This document shows positions 28,101-36,183 of a stretch of DNA of 64,000 bases, piece after piece. The stretch covers positions 27,136 through 91,135 of the forward strand of contig JBAUOP010000048.1 of assembly GCA_049579805.1 (NCBI GenBank), read 5' to 3'. This DNA comes from Acidobacteriaceae bacterium. GTDB lineage: Bacteria > Acidobacteriota > Terriglobia > Terriglobales > Acidobacteriaceae. The translations under genes were made by a program, and so were the position numbers. The notes under the pieces are model-generated. The model was not told the origin of the DNA, searched no databases, and saw nothing but the letters and a program-made list of their open reading frames with translations. The number at the start of each line of letters is the position of its first letter. Position 1 is the first letter of the stretch.

Positions 28101-28441
28101 TTCCGCTGACGGCGACGGTGATCAATCCACGGGTGGGGCTCAGCGCCAGCAGCGTGAATTTCGGCACGCATAAGGTCGGCACCAGCACCACGACCGCGCT
28201 GAAAATCACGAATACGGGCGCGACGACCCTGTCGATCACGAGTATCGGCGTAACGGGTGCGGACCCGCTGGACTTCTCCGCCCCCAACACCTGCCCGGCG
28301 ACGCTGGCGGCCGGAATCAGCTGCACACTCGATGTGACCTTCACACCGCAGGCCAAGAAGACGCGGTCGGCGACTCTGGTGATCACCGATAACGCACAGA
28401 ACGGCCCGCAGAAAGTCTCCCTGTCAGGCACGGGCGATTAG
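25175..28441 (+). CDS. Large secreted surface protein: L-type (legume-like) lectin domain + Cys-rich spacer + Ig-like + InlB-B-repeat-like + two choice-of-anchor-D domains
   Basis: The ATG at 25175 has a GGAGGGA Shine-Dalgarno, and the signal peptide is LVAMAASVALALGSAASSAQQ. Lectin block: FAFKLTP...ADGLAFVLQN...GGCLGYGGMPNSLALEFDTYQN..DPDNNHMAL. Later: GYNFVDWTGG, and twice IDFGT..LGS..TKTVTVKN.GTTALSITG....C...L.A..SC...VTF. Confidence 0.85.
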   Translation: MTFLKSRRNLSLVAMAASVALALGSAASSAQQITYYDFDAPQANSGQISRDCSAGPGSALFCLNDGGNNVLPYFFSDTYPASIDPNSADNPPVSSSHYATEMTLAYGQHSSMWFAVPQKVADGFTAYFAFKLTPNPTSGTTADGLAFVLQNAPGPGDDTAGVCTSTGSGLTAVGDGGGCLGYGGMPNSLALEFDTYQNGYDPDNNHMALQNCGAGLPNSPDIAACNVSLNGVGAYAANPLTSASTPTAQTPVTLADGNVHQVVIVYSGPTESTPNLLQIYLDPAFVPGTHTPVAGSIPVFSGTYDLTTALNLLNSGSANDSAYVGFTSATGSDWENNELMAWTFTPHTTVTQQQPLNPPGTPTTFDFGTHSYTTNFPTGTDTSDITMGLIATTITPAQFTALLGQGATQYTGSTCQVYDDTGGNCVIYSAYCYYTDTGTPTACPAPTTPPGDCLDPGATDCVDLTSAYNNSVQPTSPGYLQGDPFFSPITSISTTGTTATVNCTGECAVTANQTVTILNQYDTPVASNVTVLPTPTLNQFTFTTSSPVNQTGGFLTSNNVQDIFTGYTPQNIDGSTTGKTKNFSDFVVTGATMIGSQTQISGPNNNTATVNMPDQLTASITIPSTVAENGIPGNLLQLLPNGSPGLTVGGTVSFFEGTSTTPINGCGPVPLTLNNSVYQATCSYTPTSTTQVTITAQYSGDGYHQTSSNDVVLTVNPQTVVVNVGTNPSGLSFSINGATFTGPQAPTWDIGTNYTLATTSPQSGTPGTQYVFSSWSDGGAISHSVPAPSSTVNYTASFNTQYQLNASAGTGGSVTAANGYYNSQSVESLVATPSAGYNFVDWTGGTAGAIANPSSASTTVAMNGPETITANFTPASTVSISPSSIDFGTLYLGSIVTKTVTVKNIGTTALSITGPRIAIVGGGDSNEYVTLNLCPRSLAANKSCLMTVTFIAGPTYTAQTATLTVTDSSPGSPQSVPLTATVINPRVGLSASSVNFGTHKVGTSTTTALKITNTGATTLSITSIGVTGADPLDFSAPNTCPATLAAGISCTLDVTFTPQAKKTRSATLVITDNAQNGPQKVSLSGTGD

Positions 28442-28592
28442 CGAGAGGGGAATCCGGGGCGCCGTCGCGCAGTGGCTGCGCCCCGCTGCACCTTAAGCGA
28501 TCCGTTGACAGAGGCCACGCACTCTGGACGCCACGCCGGGTGCCGACTTCATCTTTTGGGATTGATTCCGCCCCGATGCGCGAGGCGATGCT

Positions 28593-31500
28593 TCAGTGGC
28601 TGCCCGCCAGCGCCTTCTGCGCATCGGCGTACACGCCTTTCAGGTCCGCGCGATTGAGAATCTGTGCGGAATTGTCTTCCTTGCTGATCGCGTCCAGAAT
28701 GCGCACCGCCTGGCGGTCGTGGATCGCGGCGTCGGCGGCGTGGCCGCTCTTTGCCAGCAGCGTTCCCTGGAGGGCCTGAACCTTCGCCTGCAGGATGCGC
28801 AGGCCCAGGTTCTCCGCTCGCGCCTGGGTCAGGCTCAGATCCTGTTCGGCCGCTGCGGCCCCTTTGGTCTGCGCCAGGGCCTGGTCCAGATAAAAGGCAC
28901 ATTCGACGGAGAGCGACTTCAGGCCCGCGGCGTCCGCATCCTGCGCCAGCTTTTTCAAGTCAGGGATCACCGCAGCCGCATGGCCCATGGCCAGATCGGT
29001 CCTGGCGCGATTCACCTTCGACAACAGGATGGTTTCCTTGTCAGAAGTCTTTGACGCGATCTCCAGCGCATGGTCGTACTGCTGGTGCGCGCCGGCGTAG
29101 TCGCCCTGATAGAAATAGGCGTCGCCCATCCAGTTGGTGGCCAGAGCCGCGGCCCAGTTGTTCTGGATCTGCTGAGCGATGTGCAGCGCCTGTTCAAGAC
29201 TGGCGCGGCCGTCGGCGCTGCGCCCCACCTGCGCGAGCAGATCGCCCCAGCCACCCACCACCTCCACCGTGAGCGATGTGGTCTCCTTCGACTGCTGCAG
29301 GATGTTGAGGGCCTCCTTCATCGCTGCGAGCGCCGCGCCGTAGCGCCCCTGGGCAGCGAAGATCTTGGCCATGCCGTTATCTTCGACGGCGACGCCGCGC
29401 TGATCGTTGGCGCTGCGATAGGTTTCGATCGCTTTCAGATAGTCAGAAAGAGCTGTGTCATATTGCCCGAGTTTGGTGTTCACCTCAGCCAGATCGTGCA
29501 GGGAGTCGGCGAGATCTTCGGGGACGTTCAGCTTCTGCCGCAGCTCGTAAGCCTGCTCCAGATAGGTGAGCGAGTCCTGATAGGCGCCCTGATCCATCTT
29601 GATGGCGCCGATGTTGTGCAGGCAGAGCGCCTGGGTATCCAGATCGCCCAGCTGCCGTTCGATCTGCAGCGCCTCAGTGAAGTTCGTCAAAGCGTCCGCC
29701 GGTTTGGCATGATCGTGATAGAAGCTGCCCATGTCGATGAGGGAATTGGCGATGCCCGTCTGATCGCGAATCTGCCGCCGCAGCGCGAGCGCGTCCTTAT
29801 AGGTCGCCAGTGACTCGTCGGGCTTGCCCTGCTTGTCCTGAATATCCGCGATCTGCTCCAGGCTGGCGGCCTCACCGCGCTGATCCCCGATCTGCTTCTT
29901 GATCGTCAGCGATTCCTGGTAATTGCGCAGCGCGTCGTCCAACCGGTTCATGGAGTCATAGGCAATGCCGGTGGCCTGCAGGATGGCCGCCTTCTCTTCC
30001 TGGTTGTCGAGTTCGGTCGCGAGGGGCAGCGCGCGGCTCAGCACATCGAGACCGCCCTGCGAATCGCCGGCGAGAATGGCGACCCGGCCGCTGGCCAGCA
30101 GCGCTTCCACGTTTTTGGGATCATTCGCCAGCACCAGGGTCAGCTTCTGCTTCGCCGCTTTGTAGTCTCCTTGCTGCTCGTACAGTCCGGCGAGGGCAAA
30201 CTGCACGTCTGTGTCCGACGGATCGGCGGTCGCCAGCTGCCGATAGGCGTCAATGGCTTTCTGCGTATTGTGGTTGATCCGCGCGTTGTCAGCTTCGATC
30301 AGGTAGCGCTCCTGAACGGGCAGGTTCTCGCTGAGATCCACGGCGCGGCGCGAGGCCGTCTGCGCCAGATCGTCATGGCCGAGGTTCGAATACGCGTCGG
30401 CCAGTTTTGCGTAGGCCAGAGCAAAATTCGGATCGGCCGTGGTGGCCGTCTGGAGCTGCTGTTGCGCAGCGAGGTCCTTGCCGTCCCGCTCCAGCGCTAC
30501 GCCGGCCTCATAGGCGCGCAGAGCGTCCACGGAGTTCGTGGTGGGACGAACGGCGTGCGCCCTAAGATCGCTTAACACCTTTGGATCGGTCGAGAGTTTA
30601 TGCCGCAGGTCGCCGGCCAGCTTGTCCACCGACGCAAGCAGTTGATTCTGGTCCGGAACATCGGTGGTGACCGAGGAACGCGCATCGTGCGCCAGATCCA
30701 GCACTGTCGTGTTGATGCGGATCTCGCTGCCCGCCGCGATGTACTGGCCGAAAACCAGCGTCTGCGCGTTGGTGAATTCGGCTACCCGGCGCAGCATGTT
30801 CGGATCGGGCTGGGAGTTGGCGGAGACATGCAGGTCTTGGAGGACCTGCTGCAGACGATCCGCGGAAACCATGCGCACCTGCGCCGACTGGCCGATGTCG
30901 CTGCTCAGCATTTCCGCCAGGCTGGCGCTCAGCCAGTCCAGCGAAGTATTGCCGGAGGCGTTGTAGAAGGGCAGAATCGCGAGCGAGACGCTGGGCTTCA
31001 CCACAGCCGCGCTGCCGGTAGCCGGTGAGCCGCGGAAGTGGCGGACCGCGATCGGAATCCCTGCCGCCAGGGCAATGGCCAGCACGCCGCCGCCGATCGC
31101 CAGCAGCCATCGTCCGCTGATGCCCTGGGAGGGAACATTGGCGGTAAAGCGCAGGCTCGCCGCCGCTGTCTTTTCGCGCCACAGCTCCAGATCCTTCAGA
31201 ATTTCGCCGACGTTCTTGTAGCGCTGCTCGACATCGGTTTCGAGGCACTTGCCAATGATCTCGGTCAACGCGCCGGGCAGCGTGGCGTCCAGCTGCGAGA
31301 TGGGCGCCGCCCGCTCGCGGGTTCTCTTCAGGAGGCTGGCGATGGCGCTCTCGGCTCTGAACGGCATGTCGCCGGTGAGCATCTCGTAGCCGATGAGCCC
31401 CAGCGCAAAAATGTCCGATCGCTGATCCAGCTCCTTGCCGAGGGCCTGCTCGGGCGACATGTATTCCATGGTGCCCAGCAGCGCGCCGGACTGGGTCATG

Positions 31501-32231
31501 CCGTCGCCTTCGATGGTGCGCGCCAGGCCGAAGTCCATCACCACAACACGGCCGGCGTCTTCCACCATGACGTTCTGCGGCTTGAGATCCCGGTGCAGAA
31601 TGCCGGCAGTGTGTGCCGCCTCCAGCGCCGTACAAATCTGCTGCAGGATCTGCACCGCTTCGTCGGGGGGCATCTTGCCGCGGTCTTCCAGAACGCTGCG
31701 CAGATCACGGCCCGCGACCAGTTCCATGGTCACAAAGCGCATGCCTGCGTCTTCCGAGAGGTCGTACATCCGCACCACGTTGCGGTGCGTCACCTTGTGG
31801 GAAAGGCGAATCTCCTGCTTGAAGCGGTCGACGATGGCGGCGTTGCGGGCCAACTCCGGCCGGATCACCTTCAGGGCCACCAGCCGCTCCAGTTCCCTGT
31901 CCTGCGCCTTGTACACCGAGCCCATGCCGCCGGTGCCGAGGACGGTGAGAATCTCATAGCGTCCGGCAAGAATGGTGCCCGGTTCGAGCTCCGCTTCGCC
32001 CTCGCCCCAGCCGCCCGTCGCATGAGCGCGACTGCGCCCTGCGCTGGCCGGCCGGCCCGATGCCGGACTCCCCGTCTCCACCAGGGTAGGCGCGTCAGAG
32101 TGCGAAGGCGGAACGGAGGCCGGGACCACGGTGTCTCCGGGCCGCGCGTCGCCGCTGGAGCTGCTCACGGCTGTGGGAGCACCGAATTGCGTCGGCGCGT
32201 CGCTTGCCGGTCGCCTGGGGCTGTCCGCCAT
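28593..32231 (-). CDS. Ser/Thr protein kinase with TM, periplasmic domain and long TPR array
   Basis: GRYEILTVLGTGGMGSVYKA, VALKVI, HRDLKPQNVMV, DFGLAR and YMSPEQ identify the Hanks kinase. A single TM (WLLAIGGGVLAIALAAGIPIAV) is followed by more than 10 TPR-like units (…A.y.lA..Y..qG.y..A...y..AL.i…). 1212 aa. Confidence 0.92.
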   Translation of the reverse strand: MADSPRRPASDAPTQFGAPTAVSSSSGDARPGDTVVPASVPPSHSDAPTLVETGSPASGRPASAGRSRAHATGGWGEGEAELEPGTILAGRYEILTVLGTGGMGSVYKAQDRELERLVALKVIRPELARNAAIVDRFKQEIRLSHKVTHRNVVRMYDLSEDAGMRFVTMELVAGRDLRSVLEDRGKMPPDEAVQILQQICTALEAAHTAGILHRDLKPQNVMVEDAGRVVVMDFGLARTIEGDGMTQSGALLGTMEYMSPEQALGKELDQRSDIFALGLIGYEMLTGDMPFRAESAIASLLKRTRERAAPISQLDATLPGALTEIIGKCLETDVEQRYKNVGEILKDLELWREKTAAASLRFTANVPSQGISGRWLLAIGGGVLAIALAAGIPIAVRHFRGSPATGSAAVVKPSVSLAILPFYNASGNTSLDWLSASLAEMLSSDIGQSAQVRMVSADRLQQVLQDLHVSANSQPDPNMLRRVAEFTNAQTLVFGQYIAAGSEIRINTTVLDLAHDARSSVTTDVPDQNQLLASVDKLAGDLRHKLSTDPKVLSDLRAHAVRPTTNSVDALRAYEAGVALERDGKDLAAQQQLQTATTADPNFALAYAKLADAYSNLGHDDLAQTASRRAVDLSENLPVQERYLIEADNARINHNTQKAIDAYRQLATADPSDTDVQFALAGLYEQQGDYKAAKQKLTLVLANDPKNVEALLASGRVAILAGDSQGGLDVLSRALPLATELDNQEEKAAILQATGIAYDSMNRLDDALRNYQESLTIKKQIGDQRGEAASLEQIADIQDKQGKPDESLATYKDALALRRQIRDQTGIANSLIDMGSFYHDHAKPADALTNFTEALQIERQLGDLDTQALCLHNIGAIKMDQGAYQDSLTYLEQAYELRQKLNVPEDLADSLHDLAEVNTKLGQYDTALSDYLKAIETYRSANDQRGVAVEDNGMAKIFAAQGRYGAALAAMKEALNILQQSKETTSLTVEVVGGWGDLLAQVGRSADGRASLEQALHIAQQIQNNWAAALATNWMGDAYFYQGDYAGAHQQYDHALEIASKTSDKETILLSKVNRARTDLAMGHAAAVIPDLKKLAQDADAAGLKSLSVECAFYLDQALAQTKGAAAAEQDLSLTQARAENLGLRILQAKVQALQGTLLAKSGHAADAAIHDRQAVRILDAISKEDNSAQILNRADLKGVYADAQKALAGSH

Positions 32232-32727
32232 ATCTTTCGAATCAAACGCTGCTCAGTCTCCGGCGCCGGGGAACGCCCTGGGGAAAAAGACACCTCCATC
32301 AGAGACTGTGATGACCAGAATATACCGCGAAGGCGCGCTGTGTCGCACGTTTATCGAAGAGCCGGCATTGCAGCAGACACTCGCTCGCGAAGCTCGCACC
32401 GTCCCGGCTGCTCGTTCCATTTAGGCTGGTGCGTCTTTCCCTGCTCCCTTAGAAAACGCCGCCTTTTCTTCTGGTAATCCCGTCACGAATTCAGTATCGT
32501 GGTCGAAAATCTGCCGGACCGCCTCTGCTCCTCGCCTGGTTCGCTCTGCACTGGCCCGGGAAAAGCCTGTCAGTCCGCCCCACCGAATTTGGCCGGCTGT
32601 CTGACGTTTCGTCGGGGTCCGCTTCTCGTTGCAGGTGGTGCAGGGGCTTTTCGGATCCCGCAGAGCAAATCTAAGGAAGCGACCTGTCCCCGACCGCTTC
32701 CGATTTCCGAATAAGGGGTAAGTCGCT

Positions 32728-34131
32728 ATGTCAATCCCTGAGAATTCGCGCTGCCTCGTCGATTACTACCGTTGTCCCCCGGAATTTACATGTCTGCAGG
32801 TTCAGAATCCGAGGAGCAGCACCCCTGGGTATTTCCGCTTTGGCGAAGAAGCGACCTGCTTTGGCCGGATGGCCGGTCAGCCGTCGGCGCCCTCCCCGAG
32901 CGCCTCGCTCCATGACGCCGCCCCGGATGTGCGCGTGGAGTCCGGAAGCGTCACTCTGCCCTTCGATCCCTGTGAGGTGGCGGATAATCTGCGCCTTGAG
33001 AATTATGCCGGCGTGCGCGGGTCCGGCTCGGCCTCGCTGACCGGGCGGATTTATTATCTGCTGCGGCCGCTGCTGCCGGTCCCGGTGCGCCGGCATTTGC
33101 AGAAGTTCCGGCTGCGCAACTGGGATCAGATCCCCTTTCCTCACTGGCCGGTGGATTTTTCCGTGGACTCCCTGATGGAGAGCCTGCTCCTCGCCGTCTC
33201 CCAAGCCTCGGGTCGCCCCATCCCGTTCATCTGGTTTTGGCCGGAAGGCCATTCGGGCTGCATCCTCATGACTCACGACGTCGAGCAGGCGGAAGGACGC
33301 GATTTTTGCCCCACTCTGATGGATATCGATGAAGCCCATGGCTTCAAAGCATCCTTCCAGATCATCCCGGAGGTTCGCTATACGAACCCTCCGGAGTTCC
33401 TGGACTCGATCCGCGCGCGCGGATTTGAAGTCGCCGTTCACGACCTGAATCATGACGGCCATCTCTATCGGGAGCGTTCGGAGTTCCTCCGGCGCGTCGA
33501 AAAAATCAATGAGTACGGGCGCAGCTTTGGGGCGGAAGGCTTTCGCGCCGGCGTTCTCTATCGCAATCAGGAATGGTTCGACCGGTTCGAATTTGCCTAC
33601 GACATGTCCGTTCCCAACGTGGCCCATCTGGATCCGCAGCGCGGCGGCTGCTGCACGGTGATGCCGTACTTCATCGGGAAGCTGCTCGAAATCCCGGTCA
33701 CGGACGTGCAGGATTACACATTGTTCAACATCCTCAACGATTTCTCGATCGATCTGTGGAAGAAGCAGACCCGCCTCATTCTCGACCGGCACGGGCTGAT
33801 GAGCTTCATCGTCCACCCCGATTACGTCATCGATCCCCGCAACCGGGCGGTCTTCGAATCGCTGCTGGCGCATCTGGCCACTCTGGTGAAGGAAGAAGGA
33901 GTCTGGTCCACGATCCCGCGCGAAGTGAATCGCTGGTGGCGCGAGCGCTCCGCCATGCAGCTCGTACAGCACAACGGCGCCTGGCGAATTGAGGGGTCCG
34001 GCAGTGAGCGGGCGCGCATCGCCTGGGCCCGCGAGGCAAACGGCCGCCTGGCCGTGACCCTGGAGGACCCGGAGGGCGATTCCGAGACAGGGCTGGCCGT
34101 CGAATCCCGCGCGCCGCGGGCCAATCTGTAA
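32728..34131 (+). CDS. Hypothetical protein with probable NodB-homology (polysaccharide deacetylase/CE4-like) core
   Basis: 467 aa with a good Shine-Dalgarno (AAGGGG). The central CILMTHDVEQAEG...FEVAVHDLNHDGHLY...GAEGFRAGVLY resembles the D-(D/E), H-x-x-x-H and R motifs of the NodB fold. The function call is moderate. A mirror-image ORF on the opposite strand is rejected. Confidence 0.7.
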   Translation: MSIPENSRCLVDYYRCPPEFTCLQVQNPRSSTPGYFRFGEEATCFGRMAGQPSAPSPSASLHDAAPDVRVESGSVTLPFDPCEVADNLRLENYAGVRGSGSASLTGRIYYLLRPLLPVPVRRHLQKFRLRNWDQIPFPHWPVDFSVDSLMESLLLAVSQASGRPIPFIWFWPEGHSGCILMTHDVEQAEGRDFCPTLMDIDEAHGFKASFQIIPEVRYTNPPEFLDSIRARGFEVAVHDLNHDGHLYRERSEFLRRVEKINEYGRSFGAEGFRAGVLYRNQEWFDRFEFAYDMSVPNVAHLDPQRGGCCTVMPYFIGKLLEIPVTDVQDYTLFNILNDFSIDLWKKQTRLILDRHGLMSFIVHPDYVIDPRNRAVFESLLAHLATLVKEEGVWSTIPREVNRWWRERSAMQLVQHNGAWRIEGSGSERARIAWAREANGRLAVTLEDPEGDSETGLAVESRAPRANL

Positions 34132-34151
34132 CCGTCGCCCCAAGCGGCGGG

Positions 34152-34502
34152 TCAGCTGGATCCTGCCTCCGCGGCCAACTCCGCCTTCAGGCTCTCAATC
34201 TGATCCAGCTTCCGCAGGCTCATCTCCTGAAATCGAAACTCCACTCCGGCTTCGCGCCGCTCCACCAGGTGCGCCAGCAGACGCAGAGGCATGCGTTCGG
34301 TCCTCATCCACAACTCCACGGTCGTCCCAGGCTCCAGCCGGCACTTCGACTCGATCAGGCACCCTTCCGAACTGAGATACGCGATGCGCCCTGGATACTG
34401 CAGCCCCCGACCCGGGAGTACGATCTCCGCATCGCTGGGCAGCATTTCCCGCCCGGTGCCCTGGTACACCGAAACCTTGCGCGTCTGCATCATGACTGGC
34501 AT
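34152..34502 (-). CDS. Small PilZ-like domain protein
   Basis: 116 aa. ...GRIAYLSSEGCLIESKCRLEPGTTVELWMRTERMPLRLLAHLVERREAGVEFRFQEMS fits the PilZ beta-barrel pattern (D/N-x-S-x-x-G ... vG.eF). I see no clear N-terminal RxxxR. It is hidden as the C-terminal quarter of the 470-aa track ORF 34152..35564, the rest of which is antisense to the asparaginase gene. Confidence 0.6.
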   Translation of the reverse strand: MPVMMQTRKVSVYQGTGREMLPSDAEIVLPGRGLQYPGRIAYLSSEGCLIESKCRLEPGTTVELWMRTERMPLRLLAHLVERREAGVEFRFQEMSLRKLDQIESLKAELAAEAGSS

Positions 34503-34577
34503 ATCGGCAGAGCTCCCGCCTGCCTTAGACCCTGATCCCAAAACCCTCGCCAAAACGGTACAATCCCCTTTCCCACT

Positions 34578-35531
34578 ATGAATCGTTCTCCCATCCTCCT
34601 TGTCCACGGTGGCGCCTGGGACATCCCCGCCGATCTGCTCGACGCGTACGAGCAGGGTGTCTTTGACGCGCTCCAGGAAGGCTGGCGCATCCTCGATCGC
34701 GGCGGCTCCGCGGTCGACGCCGTCCAGGCCGCGGTCACGGCCATGGAGGACGATCCCGCCTTTGACGCCGGACGCGGCAGCTTCCTCACCCGCGATGGCC
34801 GCGTGCAGCTCGACGCTCTGCTCATGGATGGTGTAACCCTCCGCGCCGGGGGAGTCGCCTGTGTGGAACGCCTGCGCAATCCCATCCAGGCGGCGCGGCT
34901 CGTCCTCGACAAGAGCCCCCATGTTTACTTCGTCGGCGCGGGCGCCGAGACGTTCGCCCAGTCCCACGGCATGCCCCTGATCGACAATGCCGAGCTCGTG
35001 CTGGAGCGCGAGCGGCGCCGCCTGGCGGAAGCGCAGGCGCGCGAGCAGGCCGGATCGCCGGATCGCACCTTCTCCGGCCAGCCGCCTCTTGAATCGCACG
35101 ATACCGTCGGCGCCGTGGCTCTCGACGGCGACGGCCGCCTGGCCGCGGGAACCTCCACCGGCGGCACCCTCAACAAAGATCCAGGACGTGTCGGCGACTC
35201 CTCCCTCATCGGCTGCGGCTGCTATGCCGACAACGCATCGGCGGCCGTCTCTCTCACCGGCTGGGGCGAGCCCATCATGAAGCTGGTGCTGGGCAAGTGG
35301 GCGACCGACCGCGTCCTCGCCGGCGGCTCGCCGGAGCAGGTTGCCCCGGAGGCCATGGCCTACCTGCACCGCCGCCTCGGAGGCCACGGGGGCATCATCC
35401 TTCTGGCCCCTGACGGCCGCTACGGCCTCGCCCACAACACCCCGCGCATGGCCTGGGGTCTGCACAGCATCGAGGGTCCCCGCGTCGGCACCGAGATTCC
35501 TCCGCAGACGATCGTCGAGGAGCAGGATTAA
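34578..35531 (+). CDS. Isoaspartyl peptidase / L-asparaginase (Ntn-hydrolase, plant-type asparaginase family)
   Basis: LLVHGGAWDIP...DDP.FDAGRGS.L...G.V.LDA..MDG......G.VA.V....NPI..AR.V......V...G.GA..FA, with the autoprocessing site HDTVGAVALD. 317 aa. Confidence 0.93.
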   Translation: MNRSPILLVHGGAWDIPADLLDAYEQGVFDALQEGWRILDRGGSAVDAVQAAVTAMEDDPAFDAGRGSFLTRDGRVQLDALLMDGVTLRAGGVACVERLRNPIQAARLVLDKSPHVYFVGAGAETFAQSHGMPLIDNAELVLERERRRLAEAQAREQAGSPDRTFSGQPPLESHDTVGAVALDGDGRLAAGTSTGGTLNKDPGRVGDSSLIGCGCYADNASAAVSLTGWGEPIMKLVLGKWATDRVLAGGSPEQVAPEAMAYLHRRLGGHGGIILLAPDGRYGLAHNTPRMAWGLHSIEGPRVGTEIPPQTIVEEQD

Positions 35532-35678
35532 AGCCGCCCTCCGGCCGCGGGACCGCTCCCTCACCGCCGTGCTACATTCGGGGTACGCTGCGGCGGAGCC
35601 TCTCTCCTCGTACTCTCAGTCCCGCTGCCGATTCCGCACCCGCCGCATCGAATCTCTATCGCAATCAGGGGATCTATC

Positions 35679-36092
35679 GTGCTCAAGGGCTTTCGTGATT
35701 TCATCCTGCGCGGCAACGTCGTCGACCTCGCCGTTGCTGTCGTCGTCGGCTCCGCCTTTACGGCCATCGTGAACGCGCTGGTCAAAGACATCATCAACCC
35801 GCTGATCGCCGCCATCGTGCGCAAACCGGACTTCAGCGCCCTGGTGGTGACCATCCATGGCGGCAAGGTTCTCTATGGCGACTTTTTCAACGCGCTTCTC
35901 TCCTTCCTGATCATCGCCGCCAGCGTCTATTTCCTGTTCGTGCTGCCCGTCAATGCGCTGCTGAAAAGGTTCCATCCCGCCAAGGCCGCTCCCCCAACCA
36001 CACATCCGTGTCCCGAATGCCTGTCGGACGTTCCCCTCGCGGCCAGACGCTGCGCCCACTGCGGCCAGCCTGTGCAGCCGGCTACCGCCTAG
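35679..36092 (+). CDS. mscL: Large-conductance mechanosensitive channel MscL with C-terminal CxxC...CxxC zinc-ribbon-like extension
   Basis: GTG start. MLKGFRDFILRGNVVDLAVAVVVGSAFTAIVNALVKDIINPLIAAI... is canonical MscL. The tail is CPECLSDVPLAARRCAHCGQPV. Confidence 0.92.
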   Translation: MLKGFRDFILRGNVVDLAVAVVVGSAFTAIVNALVKDIINPLIAAIVRKPDFSALVVTIHGGKVLYGDFFNALLSFLIIAASVYFLFVLPVNALLKRFHPAKAAPPTTHPCPECLSDVPLAARRCAHCGQPVQPATA

Positions 36093-36183
36093 AGCGCGGC
36101 CCTCCCCCCGCGCACCGGGTCCAGCGGCCCGGTGATAAGCTTTTCTCTTCAATCCCTATCCCTCTGCCGGGAGCAGCCCTTAC

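Noticed and set aside
28456-28484. Hairpin (GGGGCGC...GCGCCCC with inner GCGCAG-TGG-CTGCGC) between the convergent lectin and kinase genes, considered as a bidirectional terminator
   Set aside because: There is no U/T tract on either side, and the alternative stems compete. It may still pause transcription, but I cannot support calling it a terminator.
32731-34143. 470-aa ORF on the minus strand that mirrors almost exactly the 467-aa plus-strand gene 32728..34131
   Set aside because: Its composition is typical antisense-of-high-GC3 (Arg/Ala/Gly/Val/Asp-rich, no motifs, no TM or signal logic). The plus-strand frame has a Shine-Dalgarno, NodB-like motifs and normal composition. I treat it as a shadow ORF.
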